From a virus (taxonomy: Duplodnaviria; Caudoviricetes), in IMG/VR virus record IMGVR_UViG_3300042258_000341, positions 96,001 through 160,000 of that record: 64,000 nt of DNA, one strand, 5' to 3'. Positions 43,382-52,544 of the stretch are shown piece by piece (positions within the stretch are counted from its first letter, which is position 1; each line of letters starts with the position of its first letter). The position numbers and the translations under genes are program-made. The notes under the pieces were generated by a model. The model worked only from the letters and a program-made list of their open reading frames with translations. It ran no database searches and was not told the origin of the DNA.

Positions 43382-44988
43382 TTTGTTCCGTCAGAGATAA
43401 CGGTTACAGATTGATATCGTTTGCTGAGGTAATAAGTGGAGTCCCCATCGATTGTTCCAGAGACCGAAGTAATTCCTACATTATTTTGCCCGGAACTTAT
43501 TAATTTCAAGACGAAAGATTTCCCTATCTGGGTTGTAGGATCAGGAAGAGTAACCGTAAAAGAAGCGGTTGTAGCATCTAACAATAAAACGGTATCGGTA
43601 TCCAGAACAGAATATGTCGTTGTAATTGTTGAAAGAGGCTTGGATCTAGGTTCAAAACCAATATGCCCGGAAGAAGTATAATCCAGCCCTTGTAAGCTGG
43701 AATGATATGGGGATATTGAGCCTGAAATAGAAGAAGCGGATGTTTGAGTTGTTCGATAGTCAACCACGTCAGCAACAATCGCTTTTCTTTCCCCGGCATA
43801 CGAAGTTTTTGTTTGTAAAATTACCCTATATAAAAGTTTAAATTCTACAAAAAAGGAACCCAAGATTAAAGATTCAAAAGTGTTATAATCTTTTGCATTT
43901 GTCAAAAGATTATCTTGTCGTTGTCCTTGAATCGCAATAACAGGCTCTGTTAATTTATTTGTGGCAAAAATCCAATATGCAACGTAATACCCGTTACTGA
44001 CTTCTGTTTGCCCCCAAGTTGTAGTAAAAGAATTGTAATTTACCAGCCCATTTGTTGTATTTTTGAAATAAAAATCTGTGGCGGTATCTTTTCGCCATTC
44101 CCCGGTTATTCCTTCTTTGTAAAAAACAGGAATTTTTGCAGGTTTCAATAAATACTGTTCAAAAGCATTTATAGGGGTTGCAGCATGTGCGATATTAATT
44201 AAAATATCTTCATCCGCAAGACCTCCGTTAGCCAATTGTATTTGAACTGCAGAATCACTATCGGTATTTAAAGTATATCCAGAAATATTAAACCCGTTTC
44301 TATATCTCGTACCATTTATGTTATGCAAGTATTCATGAGTTGCCCAGTCCATAACAAGCCCATGTCTTTCTTCACAAAGAAAAAGAGCTTGGGCTAAAGT
44401 AGCATTCCAATAAAGAATACATACAGGAACCGAAGCTGAAAGATCCCAAGCCGTTTGGCTTGCGGTTAAAGTTGTTCCAACATAATAAATATACCAAATC
44501 CCAGAGGTATTTGATATTTGAACAGAATCTAAAACAGTTTTTGTGTATTTTACCGAGTTTTGATAATAATCAAAAGATGTCGAAACCGGGGCAATTGAAA
44601 AAGTCCTTGTTGCATCGGTAAAAGAGAAAACAGAATCTGTTCTATTAGGAAATCCTGTATATTCCTGCGAAAGACTTGCAGCAGAAATTAAATTCCCGAT
44701 ATTGGTTGCAGATTGCCCCCCGACTTGAGTGACTTGGGGGGAAGTAGCAGTGCCCCCTAAATCCCCAGTTAATTGGATTATCCCTTTTAGAAGAGCAGTT
44801 GCTTCATGATTAGAAACTTCATTCCAGACCGAATTTAAAAAAACATAAAGCCGAGGATTCCCCACTTCAGCGTTATTTACAAAAACTTGATTTTCAACCG
44901 GATTTTCCGGAAAAGTACTTGCAGCTTCAATTACTGCTTTTTGAAGTTCCGCCTGATCTAAATCTAAGTTTGTTCCTAAAAATTTCAC
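43366..44988 (-). CDS. tail fibre-like protein
   Basis: GIIQLTGDLGGTA motif, HSSLQGL, C-terminal TVTLP..IDG..SDGTNW domain. Confidence 0.7.
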   Translation of the reverse strand: MKFLGTNLDLDQAELQKAVIEAASTFPENPVENQVFVNNAEVGNPRLYVFLNSVWNEVSNHEATALLKGIIQLTGDLGGTATSPQVTQVGGQSATNIGNLISAASLSQEYTGFPNRTDSVFSFTDATRTFSIAPVSTSFDYYQNSVKYTKTVLDSVQISNTSGIWYIYYVGTTLTASQTAWDLSASVPVCILYWNATLAQALFLCEERHGLVMDWATHEYLHNINGTRYRNGFNISGYTLNTDSDSAVQIQLANGGLADEDILINIAHAATPINAFEQYLLKPAKIPVFYKEGITGEWRKDTATDFYFKNTTNGLVNYNSFTTTWGQTEVSNGYYVAYWIFATNKLTEPVIAIQGQRQDNLLTNAKDYNTFESLILGSFFVEFKLLYRVILQTKTSYAGERKAIVADVVDYRTTQTSASSISGSISPYHSSLQGLDYTSSGHIGFEPRSKPLSTITTTYSVLDTDTVLLLDATTASFTVTLPDPTTQIGKSFVLKLISSGQNNVGITSVSGTIDGDSTYYLSKRYQSVTVISDGTNWFII

Positions 44989-45263
44989 CCGATCATCCGC
45001 CTTAAGGAATTAATAAATTCTTCTGGTATTTCATCAAGAAAAAAAGCCTCTTGTCCATTAACATTTGCAGAAATTTCCATTTTTCCATTTTCGTAAGATA
45101 TCTTAAATTCATATCCGTTACTAAATTTTAATCCCACGCTTTGAGTTATTTTTGCCAACAAAGGAGCAATCTCTTTCTCTGCAGGGGGGAACGGGGGCGG
45201 ATTTTCTTTTTTTTCCGTCTTTTTTATATTCGTCAATGAAATTCCCATGTTTTGATACCCCAT
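44985..45263 (-). CDS. hypothetical protein
   Basis: 92-aa collinear ORF. Confidence 0.55.
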   Translation of the reverse strand: MGYQNMGISLTNIKKTEKKENPPPFPPAEKEIAPLLAKITQSVGLKFSNGYEFKISYENGKMEISANVNGQEAFFLDEIPEEFINSLRRMIG

Positions 45264-45287
45264 TATTGAAATAGTGTCTTTAAGATA

Positions 45288-45333
45288 AAGGTTTCTGTAA
45301 GGAAATTCAAGATGATCTCCCTACAGAAACCTT
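45288..45333 (-). terminator. hairpin after structural gene
   Basis: AAGGTTTCTGTA/TACAGAAACCTT inverted repeat. Confidence 0.55.
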
Positions 45334-45341
45334 GTTACATA

Positions 45342-46541
45342 TTACCCAGTTACAACAACACGATACTGGTTAGCAGTAGGAGCTTTTTTGAATTTTACAG
45401 TGATTGTGTCAACACTTGTTGCTTCCCAATCGGTCATAACAGCGGCATATGGGTTTGCAACCTGTCGAATTGCAACTGTCACATCTTGAGAATTCAAGTT
45501 ATGTGTAATTACAAAATCTGTGTCCGAAGCATTTCCGATACTTACAGAATATTTCTTAACCAATGGAAGGGTTTGTGTATCCCCTACCGCACCTTCAGTA
45601 ACATTCCATTTATTTGTAGAAACGTCGAAGAAAATCGCAGCATTTGCTTGTTCGGCTACAGAAAAGCTATCTCCACTCGGATCAGAAGTGAAAGCTTCTT
45701 CGATTGTAAGAGCGGTGTCCGAAGTAATTTCTGTAATTTTTCTTCGTTCTCCGCTTACAACAAGAATATCTCCCACAGCATAACTTGTGAAAGTTGTGCC
45801 TGAGCCGGTAATTGCTGTTCCAGTTCCAGATACGGTTCCAGTTCCAGCAGCGTCAGCGGCTAAACGTCTTACTTCAATACCGCCATTTGAATGGCTGGTT
45901 GAAACATCGATCAGAGAGTTCAAAAGAATAGAACTGTCTCCGATTTGAACTTCGGTGGAATTAATGTAAGTTAAATCTCCGGTAATGGTCAAATCATCAA
46001 CTTTAAGGGGAGCGTAAGCTGAGTCAGCGGCGTTTCTTACTTCGAGAACCCCCGCATTGTCTTTCAATACTACCCCGGAAGATCCGCTGTTAAGTTGGAA
46101 AGTCGCAGAAGTTGTGCCGGTATCTGTGTTCTGATCGTGGGATTTTCCTACGGCAGTTGCGATAGCGTTAGCACTTGTTGCGTCCCCGGTTCCGTATCCA
46201 ACACCGGTTACGATAACTGCAGTTGCAGTTCCACCTAAATCCCCCGCTAATTGAACAACCCCTTTACCTGAAGTACTGGCATCGTCTACAGAAATAGTTA
46301 CTTGTCTGCTACCGTCTTCGGAAGCATTTATCGGAGAAGTTCCCACAATCGAAAGAACAGCATCTGCATCTGACAGTGTAACCCACGCAGAACCGTTCCA
46401 AGAATACAGGGTAAATTCATCTGTATCATAAGTTAGTTGTCCTCCTACTGGAGTTGCAGGACGAGTGGCGGAAGTTGACTTATGAATTACACCATTTAGT
46501 AATTCATTCTGGTCAAAATTGAGATTATTTAAAATTAACAT
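45342..46541 (-). CDS. tail fibre/whisker-like structural protein
   Basis: GVVQLAGDLGGTA, ITHNLNS, YRVVVTG; N-terminus paralogous to 43366..44988. Confidence 0.7.
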   Translation of the reverse strand: MLILNNLNFDQNELLNGVIHKSTSATRPATPVGGQLTYDTDEFTLYSWNGSAWVTLSDADAVLSIVGTSPINASEDGSRQVTISVDDASTSGKGVVQLAGDLGGTATAVIVTGVGYGTGDATSANAIATAVGKSHDQNTDTGTTSATFQLNSGSSGVVLKDNAGVLEVRNAADSAYAPLKVDDLTITGDLTYINSTEVQIGDSSILLNSLIDVSTSHSNGGIEVRRLAADAAGTGTVSGTGTAITGSGTTFTSYAVGDILVVSGERRKITEITSDTALTIEEAFTSDPSGDSFSVAEQANAAIFFDVSTNKWNVTEGAVGDTQTLPLVKKYSVSIGNASDTDFVITHNLNSQDVTVAIRQVANPYAAVMTDWEATSVDTITVKFKKAPTANQYRVVVTG

Positions 46542-46565
46542 CTGGGGTAATTCTCCTTAATGTTT

Positions 46566-46841
46566 TTAGTTCAAAAAAGCTTTACCTGTAATAGGTCGAG
46601 AAAATGACAAAGTTATCTGATTCTCTGAATCATAGACTTTAAGCCCGAAAACTTCAGTACCATCATCCAATACTACAGAAACGGAAGGGTATTTACTCAT
46701 ATTGTGTTCAATAACCCAAGTGTTGGAGGGGGTGTCTTGAACATGCTCATAAGTAGATATAACTTCGTTCGGAAATTTATCTTCTGCGGGTAATTCCCGT
46801 AATCTCCCGTTTATTTGCACTAAGGGGATTCTTATTGCCAT
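46566..46841 (-). CDS. small virion protein
   Basis: HVQ..PS.TW.IEHN..KYPSV..GKAFLN motif. Confidence 0.65.
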   Translation of the reverse strand: MAIRIPLVQINGRLRELPAEDKFPNEVISTYEHVQDTPSNTWVIEHNMSKYPSVSVVLDDGTEVFGLKVYDSENQITLSFSRPITGKAFLN

Positions 46842-46869
46842 TTATACCTGTCCAACCCCTTTCGTGAAA

Positions 46870-47373
46870 TTAGCGTAAAAGAATAGATTCTTGAAATCGT
46901 AATAAAAAAGTAGTCTCTGTTATAGCTTGTCCTACTACCAACATAAGACCTGACGTTGGAGGGGTTGAAGTAATTTGTCCGTTTTCCCCAAGATAATAAA
47001 TTTGCCCCGGCAATAAAATACTTACAGGGAATTCTATAAACCCGTGATATTTAAAAAAGATTTCTTGTCCTGAAGTTCCAGTTCCTTGTGCCATAAAAAA
47101 AGTAGGAATAAAATCAGAAAGCAATTCCGGCAATAAATATCCAGCGTTGTAAGCATTATTGTCTGTCTTCACATACACGATATTGCCGAAATCTATATCT
47201 TCCCCGCAAATTAAATTTAAACCATCCCCCGGGACTCCCGGCAATCCTTGTTGGGCTTGAAAAGCAATTATTTTCTTCTCGTTCCGCACAACAAGGGCAG
47301 GTTTATTATCTTCAACCGTCAATTTCTTGGGTTGAGAAATAATAACAAGTCTTGATTTAGGATCAATAGCCAT
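46870..47373 (-). CDS. putative virion protein (capsid-cement/DUF2190-like fold)
   Basis: GEDI..G.IVY, PGQIYYL..G.IT.TPP, VGQA. Confidence 0.5.
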   Translation of the reverse strand: MAIDPKSRLVIISQPKKLTVEDNKPALVVRNEKKIIAFQAQQGLPGVPGDGLNLICGEDIDFGNIVYVKTDNNAYNAGYLLPELLSDFIPTFFMAQGTGTSGQEIFFKYHGFIEFPVSILLPGQIYYLGENGQITSTPPTSGLMLVVGQAITETTFLLRFQESILLR

Positions 47374-47379
47374 TTTCTT

Positions 47380-47724
47380 TTAATCCGTCTCGGAAATTGT
47401 GGGGGAGTATTTTACATACATATGTCCGTTAAGAATCACTTCGGAATGCCCTAAAGCATTTATCAAAACCATATCGTAATGTCCCGCCCCGAGTCTTAAG
47501 GTATTTGTTGTTACTTTATCCATAAACAAAGTAATTGTCGCTGTCGGGATATCTATAGATGTCACAAAAGAAACCTTTGTTTCTTTTTCTTGTTCGTGTC
47601 GAAAAGCGGCTTCGATAAAGCAAGCTGATAAATCTACAAGGGTTCCGTCCGGGTTTTTAAAAACAAAAGAAAGGGAAAAATCCTCCCCCTTATACACTTC
47701 AACATCTAAATTCGCAGGATTCAT
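47380..47724 (-). CDS. BppU-N-like Ig-fold structural protein
   Basis: YKGEDF, VDLS, YDMVL, ILNG pattern. Confidence 0.6.
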   Translation of the reverse strand: MNPANLDVEVYKGEDFSLSFVFKNPDGTLVDLSACFIEAAFRHEQEKETKVSFVTSIDIPTATITLFMDKVTTNTLRLGAGHYDMVLINALGHSEVILNGHMYVKYSPTISETD

Positions 47725-47730
47725 CTGTTA

Positions 47731-48036
47731 CTACCCCACAATTCCTTTTATTGTTTTCCAAGAGTTTTGTATGTAAATTAAAGTCGCTAAATACCCGGGG
47801 GGAATTATAATGTCTCCAGAGGTTGCTTGAGCATCCCCGTTGTAGATATAGATTATCTGCCCGTTCACCCCTGTTGGCAAAGACACCGCATTTGCTGCAG
47901 AAGCTGAATCGTCTTCGATAATAATAGTAGTGTAATTATTAGGGATGTTGATTGTTTCTCCTGCAGAAACATTTCCCACATTTGTTACTAATTTTTGATA
48001 TATTGGGGGTTGCGCCCCTACGGTTTGCACTGCCAT
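47731..48036 (-). CDS. small structural protein
   Basis: LPTGVNGQIIYIYN; similar to fibre C-terminal domains. Confidence 0.55.
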   Translation of the reverse strand: MAVQTVGAQPPIYQKLVTNVGNVSAGETINIPNNYTTIIIEDDSASAANAVSLPTGVNGQIIYIYNGDAQATSGDIIIPPGYLATLIYIQNSWKTIKGIVG

Positions 48037-48079
48037 TATTTAAATCTCTCGTCTTTCAAAAGAGTTAAGTCTGAATAAT

Positions 48080-48126
48080 TTTAAATTTTCCGGGGACATA
48101 ATATCTACATCCCCGGAAAATTTAAA
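48080..48126. terminator. 17-bp inverted-repeat hairpin after structural gene
   Basis: TTTAAATTTTCCGGGGA / TCCCCGGAAAATTTAAA. Confidence 0.65.
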
Positions 48127-48131
48127 TCAGA

Positions 48132-49976
48132 TTAGTTTGAATTCAACAAACCACGAAGTTCAACGGTGAAAGTAGAACTTCCTGCATCGGTAACATTGCT
48201 GATTTTTACATAAATCTTATTTGTCGCAGTATCATCTGCGTTTCTGAAGATCATGCTTGGCAATGCAAGATTTATCCCTGTAGAATCTATGTTCTGTACT
48301 TCGTATACAAGATTCCCCGCCGGGTTTCCGGTTTTTTCGAAAATCTGCACGGTTGAATCCGAAGTTGCACCCGAAACAGTGATCTTCAATTGCAACAAAG
48401 TAGCATTGTTGGTGAGAACGCCTTCCGTAGTTGAGAATTCGAGAGTTTCTGCACCGGAAGCTGAAAGGGCGGCAGTTGCCTTACTTCCCGCAAAAGAGGT
48501 TGGATATGTAGGTTTAGCGTCGATTGCCGCACGTAACGCATTGAGAGAGTCGGTAGTTGCATCGAAACCACTGCCGTCATCAAACAATTTGCGAAGCATA
48601 CCGGCAATTGTAGCCGCTCCACCGTCAATTGCTGCAGGAGTTCCGATATTGGTTTCAAGAGTATCAACATAAGCATCGATTGTAGAAAGAGCTGTGTCGA
48701 TAGCATCCAATTCGGTAGCAGTGTTTGCAGGAAGATTGTCAGTTTTTGCTTTTATTGCAGTGACATCGCTCTGAATAAGCCCAACTTCGGTGTCGATAGT
48801 TGAAAGAACAGTCGCAGTATCAGCAGGAAGATTGTCGGTTTTAACTTTGATTGCATCAACAACGGTATCAACAGTTGCAAGGTTGTTAAGAATTGTGGTT
48901 TGGTTAGCAGCAGTAGCATCGTTAACAAGCTGAGTAATGAAAACAGAACGATCTTGAGTCAGTTCAACAGCATTTTCGGTATATTTAACTTGAAGGTTAA
49001 GTAACTCGTCTGTTGCAGCATCTGTGGTTTTCAAAAAGAAATAATATCTTCCAAGACTGTCACGAGGGATTACTTTGTTGCTGGTATAAATTACAGAACC
49101 TGTAGCGAGAGCGGTGTCAGTACCGTCTCCATCTTGGAATAAACGAGTAGTTACATCAGTTCCGTCAGGTTGAGTAAGAATAAGAGCGACTTCGTTTGAA
49201 TCCGGGTCTTCGTTATTTCCAGCAGAATCAAAAATATTAATAAATACTTTTGTATATGCTGAACCACTTGCCGGGATTCTAACTTGCTGAGGAAGATTTG
49301 TTGTAAAACGAGTGTTGTTTTGAATACCATCAACAGTAGATTGAACACTGTCGATAAGGGCTTTCAAAGCACCAAGACCATCAGTACCGTTATCCAAATC
49401 AGATTGAATTCCATCTACAACAGTATCAATAGTAGTAAGAACTGAAGCCGTATCCGTAGGAAGATTGTCGGTTTTTGCTTTTATTGCAGTTACATCTGTC
49501 TGAATGTTCCCTACTTCGGTATCGATAGTTGAAATAGCAGTTGCAGTATCCGCAGGAAGATTGTCTGTTTTTGTTTTAACAGCATCTACAACTGTTTTTA
49601 CTGCAGCTATATCTGCAGAAACAGAAGTTACAGGAGTTCCAAGAATTGTAGCTAAATCTGCAGGTAAATTGTCTGTTTTTGCTTTTATTGCAGTTACATC
49701 GGTTTGAAGATTGCCGACTTCGGTATCGATAGTTGTCAATGCCGTTGCGGTATCTGCAGGTAAATTGTCGGTTTTCGCTTTTATTGCAGTAACATCGGTT
49801 TGAATGTTACCCACTTCAGTATCGATAGTAGAAAGAACCGAAGCAGTATCCGCTGGAAGGTTGTCAGTTTTAGCCTGAACAACATCCACTTTACCGTGAA
49901 GATTTTCAGCATCCCCCACAACTCTTCTTAATTCAATCACTTCGGGGGGCAAAGGAAAAATAATTTTAGCGGCCAT
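48132..49976 (-). CDS. fibrous structural protein with AIKAKTDNLPADT repeats
   Basis: seven KTDNLP repeats in coiled-coil-like segments; AGGAG RBS. Confidence 0.75.
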   Translation of the reverse strand: MAAKIIFPLPPEVIELRRVVGDAENLHGKVDVVQAKTDNLPADTASVLSTIDTEVGNIQTDVTAIKAKTDNLPADTATALTTIDTEVGNLQTDVTAIKAKTDNLPADLATILGTPVTSVSADIAAVKTVVDAVKTKTDNLPADTATAISTIDTEVGNIQTDVTAIKAKTDNLPTDTASVLTTIDTVVDGIQSDLDNGTDGLGALKALIDSVQSTVDGIQNNTRFTTNLPQQVRIPASGSAYTKVFINIFDSAGNNEDPDSNEVALILTQPDGTDVTTRLFQDGDGTDTALATGSVIYTSNKVIPRDSLGRYYFFLKTTDAATDELLNLQVKYTENAVELTQDRSVFITQLVNDATAANQTTILNNLATVDTVVDAIKVKTDNLPADTATVLSTIDTEVGLIQSDVTAIKAKTDNLPANTATELDAIDTALSTIDAYVDTLETNIGTPAAIDGGAATIAGMLRKLFDDGSGFDATTDSLNALRAAIDAKPTYPTSFAGSKATAALSASGAETLEFSTTEGVLTNNATLLQLKITVSGATSDSTVQIFEKTGNPAGNLVYEVQNIDSTGINLALPSMIFRNADDTATNKIYVKISNVTDAGSSTFTVELRGLLNSN

Positions 49977-49991
49977 ATCTATTAAACTCCT

Positions 49992-50372
49992 TTAAAGTTT
50001 ATTATAAAAAATCGCACATTTAAAAGTATGTCCAACTCCCGAAGAAGGGATTACTTTCATGTAACACAAATTATTTGCTGTCGGGGTGTCGGTGTTCTCA
50101 AATTCCAACCCTATTTTGTTGAACATGAGAATTTCCCCGGTGTCATCCGAAATTGCAGAAAAAACTTTATCCGATAAAGAAACATCCGAATATATTTCAA
50201 TTGTGAAAGAACCGCTACCTACAAGATGATTTATCTGAATTTGTGTGATTTCCGCATTTTTTGTAATAATTAAATTTGCAACATCTCCAGAAAGACCCAC
50301 ATTTGTTAATTCAGCTCTCGATCTTCCGGTGAGTCGTTTCGTTATTGTCGGTTCCAGTTGGACGTTAAACAT
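49992..50372 (-). CDS. structural protein similar to the C-terminal domain of 48132..49976
   Basis: NAEITQIQI..TIEIY..FENTD..N parallels NATLLQLKI..TVQIF..FRNAD..N. Confidence 0.55.
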   Translation of the reverse strand: MFNVQLEPTITKRLTGRSRAELTNVGLSGDVANLIITKNAEITQIQINHLVGSGSFTIEIYSDVSLSDKVFSAISDDTGEILMFNKIGLEFENTDTPTANNLCYMKVIPSSGVGHTFKCAIFYNKL

Positions 50373-50396
50373 AATTTTCTTATTTCCGCCCTATTC

Positions 50397-50771
50397 TCAA
50401 GATATCGTAATAGAAGTCACAACCCCTTCCGAATCACGAACAAAAGTGTAAGTTTTGTCGTAAGAGTCGTCCGAATTGTGAATATTTACAGAAGAAACAT
50501 AAGAATTAACATCCCGGGCAAAAGTAAAAGTCTTTGTAACACTTCCGAAAGTTGTTTCTATTGTCGAAACCAAGCCCTCAGAATCCCTATTTATCGTATA
50601 CGAACTTCCTTCTTGTAATCTCCCGTTCAAATCTGAAACATTTAAAGAATTCTGCAACGTCTCGAACGAAAGTTTCTTCGAAGTTAATCCTAACATATCC
50701 GACAACAGAAACAAATCTTGTAAATCAATTCCAGTTGCCTGTGTTAAATCCGATACTTTTTTAAAAGCCAT
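50397..50771 (-). CDS. putative structural protein
   Basis: KKVSDL N-terminus; internal RDSEG.V repeats. Confidence 0.55.
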   Translation of the reverse strand: MAFKKVSDLTQATGIDLQDLFLLSDMLGLTSKKLSFETLQNSLNVSDLNGRLQEGSSYTINRDSEGLVSTIETTFGSVTKTFTFARDVNSYVSSVNIHNSDDSYDKTYTFVRDSEGVVTSITIS

Positions 50772-50825
50772 TTTTTCTTTTCCCGAAAAGTCATTTTATT
50801 TATATGTTTTTAATCAGGTGAATAT

Positions 50826-50870
50826 AAGAAAAAAAGATGGAGAGTTTTACGCCCCCCATCTTTTTTTCTT
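50826..50870. terminator. bidirectional intrinsic terminator
   Basis: AAGAAAAAAAGATGG...CCATCTTTTTTTCTT. Confidence 0.65.
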
Positions 50871-50885
50871 ATACAAAACTCCGGT

Positions 50886-51464
50886 TTAAATTTCTTCCAC
50901 TTCAATCAGTTCAAACTGAGCTTTGAATTCCTCGCTGAGTTCTGGAACGATCAAACATTCCTCTACGGCGCGGTCGAGAAGCCTTTGAGCACACTCAGAA
51001 ATAGCTGTAGCGGTAAGAGCTTCTTTACAAGCTGCAAGGTCTACATAAGCTTGGACTTCTTGCCCCATCATAGGATCTTCTGCTCTCACGGTTCGAGGAG
51101 TAAGTTCTTCTGCAGGAACTTCTTCGGAGAAATTGCTGTAGAATTCTTTCTTTACAGTGATTTCATCGATTTCCAAGATTTGATTCGGTTCAAGTGTTTC
51201 GTAACTAATCTCGTTACCTTCTTCGTCAAAGAGAGGAAGAACTTCAACGGTTTCCGCAAAGAGTTCCTTGTGTACGTTGAGTTCTTCTTCTGTAAAACTG
51301 GGAAGACCTATACGAGGAGTCCCGCCATTGCTGTTGTGGACTTGAATTGCTCGATACAGAACAGACTGGGTTCCGTGAGGAACGTCTTCGGATCCAAAAG
51401 TTTTAACGGGGGAATCGGGGCGCATCGGAAGAATTGTCATGCCATTTACTTTAATGTGTAACAT
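50886..51464 (-). CDS. acidic hypothetical protein (possible fibre assembly chaperone)
   Basis: downstream of tail-fibre genes; AAGGAG RBS. Confidence 0.5.
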   Translation of the reverse strand: MLHIKVNGMTILPMRPDSPVKTFGSEDVPHGTQSVLYRAIQVHNSNGGTPRIGLPSFTEEELNVHKELFAETVEVLPLFDEEGNEISYETLEPNQILEIDEITVKKEFYSNFSEEVPAEELTPRTVRAEDPMMGQEVQAYVDLAACKEALTATAISECAQRLLDRAVEECLIVPELSEEFKAQFELIEVEEI

Positions 51465-51475
51465 TTTTAACTCCT

Positions 51476-52399
51476 TTATACTTCAAAAGCAACAGAACCT
51501 GTAAATCTAATCGAATCATAGGCTGTCGAAGAAGATAATTTTAAACGGGTCGATCTTAAGAAAGTGTTGTCGAAGTAAACCGAGACATTTGCAGAGATAT
51601 CGCTACCAGAACCACCTTCTATCAAACCTATATTTCCTGTTGTAGCTACGGTAGGAGTTCCTGCCATTTCAGGATGTAGGAATAAGCTTTTATCACAAAA
51701 AGTAGCTAACCCACCGGAGTTTGGTTTTGGGAGTAAAGTTTCAGCTATGTAAAGTTTCTGATAATACCTTTTGCAGCGGAGGAGGTCGTCTGCGTAAGGC
51801 AACATAGCATATTCCGGAGGATTTATGAAAGCTCCGCACAATTCTTGAAAAGACCCCAAAGATAGTGAAAATTCTCCGTCAGCCATTAGTTCCACAGTAA
51901 TGTAAGGAGCTATATTAACTCCTAAAGGATTTCCCAATAAAGATATAACTCTGACTGAACTGTCTGATGTCTTTCTAGAATTAACCTCTGCGTATTTAAT
52001 ATACGACTGGGTATCCCCAGAGCGATATCGAGGACTAGCCAATACTTTGAGAGGGACAGAAGTTGTAGTGCAAGCTACTGCTACGGATGCTGTTATTGCC
52101 GGAATGGTACCTTTAGGAGATGTTGATGCTATAGGATTTGCATAGTCTTTGTTCTGAATATTTATGTGTTGACCTTTTTTGCCGTAACCCCTCAAATAAA
52201 GTTTCCCATAAGAAGTAGTGTTTTGGCATTCAATAAAATCGACGGTTACCCCAGAAATTCTCCAAGCATCACTAACGAAATCAAGATATTGAGCTTCAGT
52301 CCAAGAACTAAATAGCCCCCTCTGATTGATTCTGAAACTACCATTCGTTGCCAAATTCTGAGGAGCGATAATGTCGCCAAATCCTTTTACAATACCCAT
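51476..52399 (-). CDS. tail fibre/receptor-binding protein
   Basis: NGSFRINQRG..DAW and YADDLLRCKRYYQK motifs common in phage fibre proteins. Confidence 0.7.
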   Translation of the reverse strand: MGIVKGFGDIIAPQNLATNGSFRINQRGLFSSWTEAQYLDFVSDAWRISGVTVDFIECQNTTSYGKLYLRGYGKKGQHINIQNKDYANPIASTSPKGTIPAITASVAVACTTTSVPLKVLASPRYRSGDTQSYIKYAEVNSRKTSDSSVRVISLLGNPLGVNIAPYITVELMADGEFSLSLGSFQELCGAFINPPEYAMLPYADDLLRCKRYYQKLYIAETLLPKPNSGGLATFCDKSLFLHPEMAGTPTVATTGNIGLIEGGSGSDISANVSVYFDNTFLRSTRLKLSSSTAYDSIRFTGSVAFEV

Positions 52400-52428
52400 A
52401 ATTTTTCTCCGTTCAATTTATTGTCGTT

Positions 52429-52538
52429 AATCCAGAAACAAAAGTCTGGATTTGTCTAAAGACTGAGAATGTTAAATCTCTGTCTTATGTCCTGTGTTAG
52501 GTAAGAGAAATACAGAAATTACTCTGTATTTCTCTTAC
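52429..52538. other. three consecutive intergenic hairpins
   Basis: 16-bp perfect stem at 52501-52538 plus stems at ~52459-52487 and 52429-52452. Confidence 0.6.
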
Positions 52539-52544
52539 GAGAAG

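Noticed and set aside
52400-52544. tRNA gene in the structured intergenic region
   Set aside because: No cloverleaf, T-loop consensus or acceptor stem.
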